Assembly: GCA_963769935.1 (NCBI GenBank) | Contig: CAVYNY010000013.1 | Location: forward strand, 416,001 to 480,000 | DNA length: 64,000 bases | Direction of reading: 5' to 3' | From: an uncultured delta proteobacterium | GTDB lineage: Bacteria; Desulfobacterota; Desulfobacteria; Desulfobacterales; JAFDCJ01 | In this document: piece by piece, positions 1-9,751 of the stretch | Position numbering within the stretch: the stretch's first letter is position 1 | Layout of the letters: each line of letters begins with the position of its first letter | Translations under genes and position numbers: made by a program | Notes under the pieces: model-generated | Seen by the model: the letters and a program-made list of their open reading frames with translations, nothing else | What the model was told of the DNA's origin: nothing | Database searches by the model: none

Positions 1-195
1 TGTTGATTCCGAACCAATTAAAAACAGGAACCTGTAATTCCGGTTTAAATTTTAAAATAATTCCAGTAGGTTATCATGCCATATAAAGACCTGAGCGTTT
101 CAAAGCAAGATGTGCTATGTCGATCCCGGAATCAGCCGTTCCTATTCGATCCAAATTAGAACCATATTTCTTTAAATTTCAATATGTTAAATGTT

Positions 196-211
196 TGGCA
201 CACCTATTGCT
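196..211 (+). promoter_or_regulatory. sigma54 (-24/-12) promoter
   Basis: TGGCAC-ACCTA-TTGCT matches TGGCAC-N5-TTGCW with 10 nt between GG and GC; AT-rich IHF-like TTTCAATATGTTA just upstream. Confidence 0.75.
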
Positions 212-315
212 CTTAGCGATGTGTCTTACTGCTTTGCCTTTAACTCGTCTGTGTTGATTCTTTCGAAGTACTTGATGAACCGGAATTCGAGGTCTGATGA
301 CCCGCCGAGGGTGCA

Positions 316-531
316 ATGAATCGAAGCGACAAAAAAAGTTCTGAATTTGAAGATCTGGAAGTAGATGACCAGCTTGCCGATGTCGGCCAGCCGGATTTTT
401 GGGAAAGCGACAAGGAAGCGCCGAAGCGCACTCCGATACGCAGAAAAAACCGCTCTCGCGTTGACGAATTTGAGCCGAAAAACAAACGTGACGATAAGAG
501 GAAAAACAAGCCTCTTAAATATGATTGGTGA
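316..531 (+). CDS. small charged hypothetical protein (acidic N-half, basic C-half)
   Basis: GAGG RBS; stop overlaps the dksA ATG (TGATG). Confidence 0.6.
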   Translation: MNRSDKKSSEFEDLEVDDQLADVGQPDFWESDKEAPKRTPIRRKNRSRVDEFEPKNKRDDKRKNKPLKYDW

Positions 532-893
532 TGGAACAAAACGACTTAGACTATTTCAAGAAACTTCTCACAAAGTGGCTGGCAGAACTCCTCAGTCAGG
601 CAGGTAATACTGTGCTGGGTTTGAGAGACACGGAGGACAATTTGTCGGACCCTCTGGATCGGGCTGCCTATGATACGGAACGCAGCTACCTGCTACGCAT
701 GCGGGATAGAGAAAGCGTCCTCATCAAGAAAATCAAGAGGTCATTGGAGGATATCGAAGACGGAAGCTACGGTATTTGTGAGGACTGCGGTGCCGACATC
801 TCGATTAAACGCTTAAAAGCCCGGCCCGTCGCCAGACGATGTATAGAGTGCAAAACCAGGCAGGAAAACATTGAAAAATTAATCGGTGCCTGA
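531..893 (+). CDS. dksA: RNA polymerase-binding protein DksA
   Basis: DPLDRA (DxxDxA) coiled-coil tip; YGICEDC...CIEC C4 zinc finger. Confidence 0.9.
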   Translation: MEQNDLDYFKKLLTKWLAELLSQAGNTVLGLRDTEDNLSDPLDRAAYDTERSYLLRMRDRESVLIKKIKRSLEDIEDGSYGICEDCGADISIKRLKARPVARRCIECKTRQENIEKLIGA

Positions 894-948
894 TAAAATT
901 CAACCTGTCTTCCTGATTAAATAAACTCCAGAAAATCAAACTGCGGAG

Positions 949-1173
949 ATGCTAAAAATGCCTCTAAAGCAACCGTATGAGCACACCGGCAGCCAGCGTC
1001 TATCTTCCAGGGACGAAGCAGACGACGGAGATCTGCATGAAATTGAATACAACGACAAGATGAAGGTTGAGTGCATTTGTCCCAAATGCGGCCAGAGGCA
1101 CATAATGACCTTTCATTGGATCGGCAGGGGAACACCCCGCAAGTATTGCCCCGCCTGCAAAGTTAACAATTAA
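949..1173 (+). CDS. small zinc-ribbon hypothetical protein
   Basis: CPKC...CPAC pair; lies in the operon between dksA and HU. Confidence 0.65.
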   Translation: MLKMPLKQPYEHTGSQRLSSRDEADDGDLHEIEYNDKMKVECICPKCGQRHIMTFHWIGRGTPRKYCPACKVNN

Positions 1174-1214
1174 GCAAAAATTAAAGCAAACAATACATGA
1201 AGGGAGAATTGTTT

Positions 1215-1484
1215 ATGAACAAAGGAGATCTGATAAATGAGGTTGCTAAAATTGTCAATACCAAGAAGGCGGCGCAGGAAGCGGTCGATTGCGTGCTGAC
1301 ATCAATTACCAAATCCTTAAAAAAAGGGGATGATGTTACCCTGACCGGATTCGGAACCTTTAAGGTTGTTAAGCGCAAAGCCCGCAAAGGACGCAATCCG
1401 TTCACCGGCGAAGAAATCAAAATTAAAGCAACCAAGGCTCCCAAATTCAGCCCGGCCAAAGCTTTAAAAGAGGCGGTCAAATAA
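1215..1484 (+). CDS. hup: HU family DNA-binding protein
   Basis: MNKGDLI...GFGTF...RKGRNPFTGEEIKI signature; GGGAG RBS before ATG 1215. Confidence 0.95.
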   Translation: MNKGDLINEVAKIVNTKKAAQEAVDCVLTSITKSLKKGDDVTLTGFGTFKVVKRKARKGRNPFTGEEIKIKATKAPKFSPAKALKEAVK

Positions 1485-1511
1485 GACCATAAAATACGGT
1501 TCAATATTCTT

Positions 1512-1549
1512 CAAAACGGCAGAAATCAGCTTCGATTCCTGCCGTTTTG
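1512..1549. terminator. rho-independent terminator hairpin after HU
   Basis: CAAAACGGCAG / CTGCCGTTTTG 11-bp inverted repeat including A/T tails. Confidence 0.7.
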
Positions 1550-1568
1550 TATTTGGGAAATCGCCCGT

Positions 1569-1597
1569 TTGACAAATGATATCAAGCTCATTATATA
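1569..1597 (+). promoter_or_regulatory. sigma70 promoter of glycosyltransferase gene
   Basis: TTGACA-17 bp-TATATA; AAGGAGG downstream. Confidence 0.5.
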
Positions 1598-1642
1598 GAC
1601 TGGAGATAAGATGGTAATTTAAGGAGGTCACACGGGGACAGG

Positions 1643-2905
1643 ATGGCAAAGAATATTGGATTCGTATCGACTCGATTTGCCGGAACCGATGGCGTTACCC
1701 TGGAAACCAGCAAATGGGCCCGGGTTCTCAAGCAGATGGGACATAATTATTTTTGGTTTGCAGGCCGTTTAGACCGCAGCCCCGCCAAAAGCTTCCTGGT
1801 GCCGGAGGCTTTTTTTCAGGATGAAAAAAATCGCTGGATCGATCAGCAAATTTTCGGCAGAAAACAGCGCGACCCGGCTGTCACCGAGGCGATCCACGAG
1901 CTGAAAAATTACCTCAAAATGAAGTTGCAGGCCTTCATTCAAAAATTTCGCATCGACCTGCTGGTAGCTCAAAATATACTGACCATTCCAATGCACATCC
2001 CCCTGGGCATCGCCTTGACCGAGCTTATTGCCGAAACCCAAATACCGACCATAGCCCATCACCACGATTTCTACTGGGAGCGCACCCGTTTCATGGTGAA
2101 TGCCGTCGGTGACTATCTGAGGATGGCGTTTCCACCAAATCTGCCCAACATCCAGCACGTCGTTATTAATTCAGCCGCCCAGGAGGAATTGGCGCTGCGC
2201 ACCGGGATTTCATCCATCATTATTCCCAATGTGCAGGACTTTGGCAACCCGCCCACGGTTGACCATGAAGTAACCCTGGATTTTCGCAAATCCTTGAATC
2301 TGAACCCGAATGAAAAAATAATTTTACAGCCTACCCGCATCGTTCAGCGCAAAGGCATCGAGCATGCAATCCAGTTGGTGGAAGAGCTGGAGGATCCGAG
2401 CTACAAACTGGTCATATCGCATGAAGCCGGAGATGAAGGCTACGACTATTTGGAATGGCTCAAAGACAATGCCCGGGAAAGGGGTGTGGATCTGCGGCTG
2501 GTGGATATCCATATGTCCGATCCCATAAATCCGGATGTAAACCACGTCGATAAATATTCATTGTGGGATGTATATCCCCATGCCGATTTCATCACCTATC
2601 CCAGTCTGTATGAGGGATTCGGCAATGCATTTCTGGAAGCAGTTTACTTTAAAAAGCCGCTGTTGATCAACCGCTATGCCATTTTTGTAAGGGACATCGA
2701 ACCCATGGGGTTTGATTTGATTGTCATGGACGGCTACCTGACCCGCAAAACGGTGCAAAAAGTCAAAGAAGTATTGGAATCACCTGCGCGGCGGGATAAA
2801 ATGATCAACACGAATTTTGAAATCGCCAAAAAATATTATTCTTTTGCCGTACTGCACCGCTGGCTCGATGTAATCCTGACCAACTTCTTCGGGACCGAGG
2901 TTTAG
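1643..2905 (+). CDS. GT4 glycosyltransferase (mannosylglucosylglycerate synthase-like)
   Basis: GTDGVTLE N-terminus, HHHDFYWER, YPSLYEGFGNAFLEA GT-B motif. Confidence 0.8.
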   Translation: MAKNIGFVSTRFAGTDGVTLETSKWARVLKQMGHNYFWFAGRLDRSPAKSFLVPEAFFQDEKNRWIDQQIFGRKQRDPAVTEAIHELKNYLKMKLQAFIQKFRIDLLVAQNILTIPMHIPLGIALTELIAETQIPTIAHHHDFYWERTRFMVNAVGDYLRMAFPPNLPNIQHVVINSAAQEELALRTGISSIIIPNVQDFGNPPTVDHEVTLDFRKSLNLNPNEKIILQPTRIVQRKGIEHAIQLVEELEDPSYKLVISHEAGDEGYDYLEWLKDNARERGVDLRLVDIHMSDPINPDVNHVDKYSLWDVYPHADFITYPSLYEGFGNAFLEAVYFKKPLLINRYAIFVRDIEPMGFDLIVMDGYLTRKTVQKVKEVLESPARRDKMINTNFEIAKKYYSFAVLHRWLDVILTNFFGTEV

Positions 2906-2908
2906 GGT

Positions 2909-4183
2909 TCACCTTGACTGTTCGGCCTTCTGCGGCACATCTTCCATCTTTTTAACGATGTATTCCTTAATCCGCATCCCGTCCATCTCTTTGACCGTCA
3001 CGAGAAAATCTCCCAGCTGGAATTCTTCTTTTTCCCGCGGGATGCGGCCGATTTGATCCAGCACATAGCCGGAAAAAGTATCATATCCTTTCGAATCGGG
3101 AAGGCTCATCTGCAGCTTGTCATTGACTTCGTCGATTTCGGATTTGCCCAGCACGCGCCACTCGCTTTTATTCAGTTTGACGATGTGGGGCTCGATTTTA
3201 TCGGTTTCATCAACGATTTCACCAACAATTTCCTCAAGCGCGTCCTCCAGTGTTATCAGACCCGAAACACCGCCGTGTTCGTCCACAATGATGGCCATGT
3301 GCTGCTTTCTTTTTTTAAACTGCTGAAGCAGATTGTCTAATTTTTTATTTACCGGCACAAAATAAGGTTCGCTCATAATTTTGCGAACATCTATCGGATC
3401 GGATGATGCGATGTGGTGCATGAATAAATCTTTGATATTCAAAATCCCGATGACATGGTCAATATCCTCTTCGATGACGGGAATACGGGTGTACCCGGAA
3501 CGTATGATTTCCTTAAGATCGATCGGTTCATCCACATCGATGACAAACATATCCGCCCGGGGCGTCATTATTTCCGAGGCACTGGTATCATCAAACTCGA
3601 AAATGTTTTCTATCAGCTCCTTTTCTTCCTCTTCGATGCCGCCTTCCTCTTCAACCACTTCAACAAACGTCATCAGCTCTTCTTCGGTGACATGGGCTTT
3701 TTTTTGCATCTTACCGGTCAGTTTGGGAATGAAGTTCAGCATGATAATTATGGGCGTAAACAACACCGAGAACCAGTACAACGGAACGATAACCAGACGG
3801 GCAATCAGCACATTGTTGCGGGTGGCAATTGATTTGGGAAAGATTTCGCCGAAAATCAGAATGAGAAAGGTCATAATGCCGGTAGCAATCCCCACCGCAT
3901 TGCTGGCCACAAGGTTAAGGGTAATGGCCGTCGCCAACGCCGAAGCACCGACATTTACGACATTGTTTCCAATAAGGATGGTGGAAAGCAGCCGGTGAGG
4001 GTCGTCTTTCATTTTTTTGATCAACGAATTTATTAATCCCTTGCCTTTTGCAAGATGAATGGCTTTGGCTTTGCTGATGGAGAATAAAGCAGTTTCGGCA
4101 GAGGAGAAAAACCCGGAGAGCAAAAGGAGGACGCTTAAAATCACTATTTGGTCAACCAGCATCTGTGTTCCCAGTATTGTCAT
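2909..4183 (-). CDS. HlyC/CorC (CNNM) family membrane protein with CBS and CorC domains
   Basis: FFSSAETA, GEIFPK, IMTPR, VDEHGGVSGLITLED motifs. Confidence 0.92.
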   Translation of the reverse strand: MTILGTQMLVDQIVILSVLLLLSGFFSSAETALFSISKAKAIHLAKGKGLINSLIKKMKDDPHRLLSTILIGNNVVNVGASALATAITLNLVASNAVGIATGIMTFLILIFGEIFPKSIATRNNVLIARLVIVPLYWFSVLFTPIIIMLNFIPKLTGKMQKKAHVTEEELMTFVEVVEEEGGIEEEEKELIENIFEFDDTSASEIMTPRADMFVIDVDEPIDLKEIIRSGYTRIPVIEEDIDHVIGILNIKDLFMHHIASSDPIDVRKIMSEPYFVPVNKKLDNLLQQFKKRKQHMAIIVDEHGGVSGLITLEDALEEIVGEIVDETDKIEPHIVKLNKSEWRVLGKSEIDEVNDKLQMSLPDSKGYDTFSGYVLDQIGRIPREKEEFQLGDFLVTVKEMDGMRIKEYIVKKMEDVPQKAEQSR

Positions 4184-4408
4184 CTAATTTTTCGCTTGTT
4201 TGAAAATGTCCTCTTTTCCCTGTGTGGTAAGAGTTTATGGCCATGGCAACGGTTCCGGACCACGATGGTGATCTGAGTATGTCATTGCCGGATAATTTTC
4301 TTTCCTTATTTTTGTGTGTTCGAAAGCTTTTGGCGGTGGCAAAGAATATAGTGACGCTCAACAAGCATGTCAAACGGGGCTGAGCCCGCCGGCTTTGCCG
4401 GCCGCCTA

Positions 4409-5080
4409 TCACAGCAGGGAGGCGCGTCGACGCTGCTTTCGAGCAGAGAATCCGATAATAAAACCCACCAGCAGAACGCCGGAGCCGGCTAAAAACCATT
4501 TGATATATTGGTTCAGCTCAACCCGGCCCAATTCTTCATCCAGCTTTGCGGCCCTTTTTGTCTGCTCCGCAAGATTTTCGCTGGCTTGCTTGTATTTTGC
4601 CTTAAGCGTTAGGAATTCGGCTGATCCGGCCTTCAGTTCCTTATAATCCTTGTCCACTTTCTGAAAGGTCTGTTGGGTGCTGCCGAGGGTCGACTTTAAA
4701 TTTTTGTTTTCCTCTTTAAGCTGCGTATTTTCTTCAAGCAGGGTCGCCGCCTGCTGGGACAAAGCTTTATCCTTATCCTGCAATTGTTCCAGTAAAACAT
4801 TGTGGGTCGGATCGGGGGTAAGATAGCGGGTTAAAACATACCCCTCTTTTTCGTCGGCAAGTCTCACCAGGGACCAATCTTCGCCGGGTTCCAGGACCTC
4901 TACCTTCTGGCCGGATTCAACCACAGCCAGAATTTTGTATTCGGTGCTTGGACCGCTGCGCAACGTCAGCTTAATCAGGTCCGTCACGTACATGCTTTCA
5001 GCATGCGAAATACCGGTAAAAATTGTCAGACACATAATAGTGAAAACCAGACGCTTGAGCTGTAAATTCATAAACGGCAC
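4409..5080 (-). CDS. SH3 domain protein (YgiM/TIGR04211-like)
   Basis: signal peptide, YVTD..LRSGPS SH3, coiled coil, C-terminal TM WFLAGSGV. Confidence 0.85.
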   Translation of the reverse strand: MPFMNLQLKRLVFTIMCLTIFTGISHAESMYVTDLIKLTLRSGPSTEYKILAVVESGQKVEVLEPGEDWSLVRLADEKEGYVLTRYLTPDPTHNVLLEQLQDKDKALSQQAATLLEENTQLKEENKNLKSTLGSTQQTFQKVDKDYKELKAGSAEFLTLKAKYKQASENLAEQTKRAAKLDEELGRVELNQYIKWFLAGSGVLLVGFIIGFSARKQRRRASLL

Positions 5081-5282
5081 ACTCCCTGATAGAGATTGAC
5101 TAATTTTAATTGTCGCTTTATTTTACAATATTCTGTTAAAATAGCAAATTATGCCAACAATGTCTTTAAAAATGTTGCCGGTTGTGATAATCTAATTTTG
5201 CTATCGTCGTATTTATCTAAATTTATTATTAATTCATTGAAATTCAGCTTTGAGCTGTTTCTGGAAGATCGGAATTTTCGGT

Positions 5283-5708
5283 ATGATCGCATATGATTTA
5301 CAATGTACCCATGGTCATACTTTTGAAGGCTGGTTTGAAGATCGCAAAACTTACCTCGACCAGCAAAAAAAAGGACTGATCAGCTGTCCGGTTTGCAACG
5401 ATACCTCTGTGGACATCATGCCTTCGACGTTTGCCATTAAATCTTCGCCGGCTGACAAGTCCCGGCATCTGCCGGTTGAAGAAGCCGTCCTGGAAAAAAT
5501 TAGCAAAGAAGCCATTGAATTTGTTGAAAAAAACTTTGACAATGTCGGCTGCGAATTTGCAAAGGAAGCCCTGAAAATCCATTACGGTGCCGCTGAACCC
5601 CGCAACATCCGGGGAGTCAGCACCAAAGAAGAAGAAAAAACCCTCAAGGAAGAAGGCATCGAGTTCTTCAAGATCCCGTTGCCCGCCAGGCCTGATACGG
5701 ATTCATAA
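5283..5708 (+). CDS. DUF1178 family protein
   Basis: MIAYDLQC..GHTFEGWF, CPVC, FAKEALKIHYG..RNIRG. Confidence 0.85.
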   Translation: MIAYDLQCTHGHTFEGWFEDRKTYLDQQKKGLISCPVCNDTSVDIMPSTFAIKSSPADKSRHLPVEEAVLEKISKEAIEFVEKNFDNVGCEFAKEALKIHYGAAEPRNIRGVSTKEEEKTLKEEGIEFFKIPLPARPDTDS

Positions 5709-5888
5709 AAACCACGTCACCGTGCCCGATGATTTATCAATATCGATAATTTTCTCCCCCGCCACATAGTCGCCTGTTTCATACCGGGCAATATGCATGA
5801 GATTGCGCGACAATTGCCGCAAGGCATTAAGCTGTGCTTGGGCTTGATTTCATCCGGCCCTTCTCTTACGATGTTTCGGGAGGGAACT

Positions 5889-8084
5889 CTAGCACAGTCT
5901 CGCGGCCAGTGATGTCAGCCGCAGCCGCGGCCGGTCATTTTTTAAGGCAATGTGCAGCGCTTTTTGGGTGCCGATTAAAATGACAAGCTTTTGCCCTCTT
6001 GTCATGGCGGTATATAACAGGTTTCTCTGCAACATGACATAATGCTGGGTCACCAGCGGTACGACGACGGCCGGATATTCAGACCCCTGGGATTTATGCA
6101 CCGAAATCGCATAAGCAATGGTTAACTGATCCAGTTCAGCAGCGTCATAACGAACGGTTCTGCCATAGTAATCGACGCTAAGCTCCGTCTTTTGCCGGTC
6201 GAACCTGCGAACCACGCCGATATCGCCGTTATAGACCTCCTTCTGGTAATTATTGATAAGGTGCATCACCTTGTCGCCGGCTTTGAAAGCATTGCCCGGG
6301 GCTTCGACCAGAACAGGCTGCGGATTCAGTATCTTTTGCAGCAGGTGGTTCAAGTTGATCGTTCCCACAGCGCCTTTGTGCATCGGCGTCAATACCTGAA
6401 TATCCAGAATGGGGTCGAAATTAAATTTACGCGGCAATTCCTCGCTGCACAGTCGCCCAATTTGGGCGGCCACCCGGTCGGGATCACCCTGCTCAATGAA
6501 ATAAAAGTCACAATTGTCATCAATGTGGTCCGACTGACCATCGACCGAAAAATCACCGTTGCGTACTTTGTGGGCATTTAGAATTATTGCGCTTTGCCGG
6601 TCCTGTCGGAATATTTTATTGAGGGAGAAAACCGGGATGCGGGCCGAATTGATCATATCGGAAAGAACATTGCCGGGCCCGATGGCCGGAAGCTGAGCGA
6701 CATCCCCCACCAGCACCATAACGGCCGACAGGGGAACCGCATCAACCAGATGATGCATCAGGACCGCGTCGACCATGGAGGCTTCATCGATGATAACGGC
6801 ATCGGCTCGAGCGGATTGTCCCGATTCCGAAGAAAGCCGCCTTCTATGAAATTGTAGCCTAGAAGACGATGGATGGTTCCGGCATTTCTGCGGGTGACCT
6901 CCGATAGACGCCGGGCGGCCCGGCCGGTAGGGGCAGCCAGCAGCACGCGCTTGCCCAGGGTTTCAAAGATGGCGCTGATAGATCGCAGCAGCGTCGTTTT
7001 ACCGGTTCCGGGGCCACCGGTGATAATGGCGATCCGATGGGAAAAGATCTGTTCGAGAACTTCCAGCTGCTCGGAGGACAGATTGATGGCCAGTTTTTTG
7101 TGAACTTCGGTTGCTATCCGCTCGGCATCAATTTCAGCGATCTCCAGCGGCAGCGAAAGCATGGCCTTCAACCGGTTTGCCAGGCCGGCTTCCGCCTGAT
7201 GCAGGTCCTTCATATATATGGCATTGGAGATCGATTCGCCGTCGAATGGGTTCCACGACAAGGACTTTCGCGGCGGCCATTTCCTCGATGGCATTTTGAA
7301 TGGTCCGGCGACCTGATTTGAAATTGATTTTCACAGCGCACAACAGGTTCTCCTCCTCGGCAAAGGTATGCCCGTCTTCGGCGTTTTGCAGCAGCATGTG
7401 CCGGATACAGGCCCTTACGCGTTCCGGATCTTCCTTTTCCATTCCCAGTTTCTGCGCGATGGTATCGGCGATAAAAAATCCGGCACCCGGAATGTCTTCG
7501 GCCAGTCTGTAAGGATCCTGCCGGATAAGATCCACCGCCTCCGGACCGTATTCTTTGTATATTTGCGCACCGCAAGCGGTTTGAACCCCCATTTGCTGCA
7601 GAAACTGCATCAGGCTCCTCAAGGTGTGATGCGCATGCCAGGCCGCGTGTATCATGGCGGCTTTGGCCTCGCCGATGCCTTCAACTTCAAGCAGGCGCTC
7701 GGGATTGCGCTCGATAATTTCGAGGGTGTTTTCCCCGAATACCTTTACCATTCTTGCCGCCATCGACGGACCGATACCTTTAATAATGCCGGAAGCCAGA
7801 TATTTTCCAATACCGTCCACCGCTGCCGGCAGGGTCACATCAAAGGATTGAATTTTAAACTGCTGGCCGTATCTGGGATGGGTCTCCCACGTACCTCTGG
7901 CTTTAATGGTTTCACCGGGGCTGACGCCGGCCAGATATCCGACCACGGTGATGCCGGTATCCAGATTCGCGGGTTTCAGACGGGCAATGGTGTAATGATT
8001 GGCTTCGTTAAAATAGGTAATACGTTCCAGGTGGCCTTCGAGAGTAAGCAAGGCGGGGGAGTTGTTTTTTTTATAGATGGCCAT
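5889..8084 (-). CDS. recD2: RecD2 ATP-dependent 5'-3' helicase, split by several frameshifts (about 7340, 7310, 7250, 6805)
   Basis: N-terminal HPRYG and IKGIG HhH, Walker A GGPGTGKT, APTGRAA, IIDEASM restored across a frameshift, HKSQGSEY. Confidence 0.88.
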
Positions 8085-8166
8085 TTTTACAACTCAGATA
8101 GGAGCATTTAAATAAGATTGACTAAAATTTTAGATCATTTTAGTTCATTTTCCCAATTTATCCGGA

Positions 8167-8730
8167 TCAGGTTATAGCAGCTATAATCCACCGTGTGGCC
8201 GCAGGCAGGTCGGCGGCCGCATAATCTGCCGCAACCTGCCTTTTATGCAGCTGCTGTTCGACATCGGCCTCGCTGCCGGATTTTACCAGCACGGTCCGCC
8301 CGCAGCCGGCGAGGCGGCCGCACTCAATATCCTTGGCGGAGTCGCCGACCATGACGGCGTCGGTCAGATCGATGTTGTATTTTTGCCGGGCCTGAAACAG
8401 CAGTCCCGGCTCCGGTTTGCGACATCGGCATCCGGCTTCCGGCATGTGGGGGCAGAAGAAGACCTCCGTAATCTTACCCCCCCCGGCCGCAACCTCATCG
8501 CACATCATCGCGTGGATCGCATCCAATTCCGCGATCGAAATCAATCCGCGTGCCAGCGCGGATTGATTGGTAATCACCATACACGTAAACCCGCCGGCGG
8601 TAAGATCACCGATAGCCGTAATAGCGCCGGGCAAAAATTCAAATTCGGACCGGCTCTTGATGTAATCCGGCGAATCCCGGTTAATTGTGCCGTCCCGGTC
8701 AAGAAAAACCACCTTTTTTAACAATTCCAT
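8167..8730 (-). CDS. gmhB: D-glycero-beta-D-manno-heptose 1,7-bisphosphate 7-phosphatase
   Basis: FLDRDGTIN, TNQS, CPH...CRCRKP, MVGDS. Confidence 0.9.
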   Translation of the reverse strand: MELLKKVVFLDRDGTINRDSPDYIKSRSEFEFLPGAITAIGDLTAGGFTCMVITNQSALARGLISIAELDAIHAMMCDEVAAGGGKITEVFFCPHMPEAGCRCRKPEPGLLFQARQKYNIDLTDAVMVGDSAKDIECGRLAGCGRTVLVKSGSEADVEQQLHKRQVAADYAAADLPAATRWIIAAIT

Positions 8731-8761
8731 TCGGTCTTTTAATCCTCAAATTATTCTTTGG

Positions 8762-8949
8762 CCTTTTTCCTTTGACCTTAAGCCTTTTACCTATCAGCTA
8801 TGAGCCGGCACTGAAAAAGCTCTCCCGCACCCCGCGCGTGCTTTTTACCCTATGCTCCCTGCGCTATGCACCATGCACCATGCTCTATGCGCCTATCATC
8901 ACCCGTACCTCGCAAGGCGCAATCCGCAATCCGCAATCCGAAATCGAAA
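8762..8949. repeat. composite of degenerate 7-bp tandem arrays (CCTTTNN; CNCTATG; CGCAATC)
   Basis: heptamer units readable at 8762-8805, 8848-8891 and 8918-8949. Confidence 0.8.
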
Positions 8950-8958
8950 GCCCCCACC

Positions 8959-9747
8959 CTATTCGCCCACGACAAATATATCCGGATAGCCATCTTGGAT
9001 TAATATCTCTTCCTGGGCGGCAGCCTGCTCCAGGGTGTTGAATGAACCCACACGCACACGATAGAAAATTTGATCGCCCCGGTCGTAGACTTTTATATGA
9101 GCATTTTTATATTTTTGACCCAGTTTAGAGGTCAGGCGCTCGGCATTTTCTCGATTTACAAAGGCACCCACCTGAAAGGTAAAGTTGCCCGCGTTAAGAT
9201 CCACCGGTTCATAGCGCGGTGATCCGCCGTCGGTCACAGCCGGCGTGGCCAGGGCAACAACCTCGACGCTGGCCGTACCGGCTGCAACGATGCCGATCTC
9301 TTTGGCGGCCGCGTAGGAAAGGTCGATGATTCTGCTCCTCACAAACGGTCCCCGATCGTTAATCCGCAGCTCCACCTGCCGGTTGTTTTCAAGGTTGTGA
9401 ACGCGCACATAGGTGCCGAGCGGCAGGGTTTTGTGAGCCGCAGTCAGGGCATACATATCGTAAGGTTCACCGCTGGAAGTTTTCTTGCCGTGAAAATCTT
9501 CTCCGTACCAGGAGGCGATTCCGCGTTGTCGGAACCCTTTGGAATCCGGCAGCGGCTGATACCATCTGCCGTAAACTTTATAGGGCTTGGGGTAGCCGGA
9601 TGGCTGCGGGGGAGCGGGAGGTTCATGGATGACACAGCCGATAACGAAACCAAACAACACCGCAACAAATAGAAGAAGCCCCGTCCGGCAGTTTTTCTCT
9701 GAGCAAATAGCAATCTTGTTAATTTGGTTTAAATCCGCTTGACGCAA
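8959..9747 (-). CDS. rlpA: septal ring lytic transglycosylase RlpA with SPOR domain
   Basis: GIASWYG, TAAHKTLPLGT, INDRGPF, IIDLS; C-terminal QVGAF SPOR; lipobox Cys. Confidence 0.93.
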   Translation of the reverse strand: MRQADLNQINKIAICSEKNCRTGLLLFVAVLFGFVIGCVIHEPPAPPQPSGYPKPYKVYGRWYQPLPDSKGFRQRGIASWYGEDFHGKKTSSGEPYDMYALTAAHKTLPLGTYVRVHNLENNRQVELRINDRGPFVRSRIIDLSYAAAKEIGIVAAGTASVEVVALATPAVTDGGSPRYEPVDLNAGNFTFQVGAFVNRENAERLTSKLGQKYKNAHIKVYDRGDQIFYRVRVGSFNTLEQAAAQEEILIQDGYPDIFVVGE

Positions 9748-9751
9748 CTTC

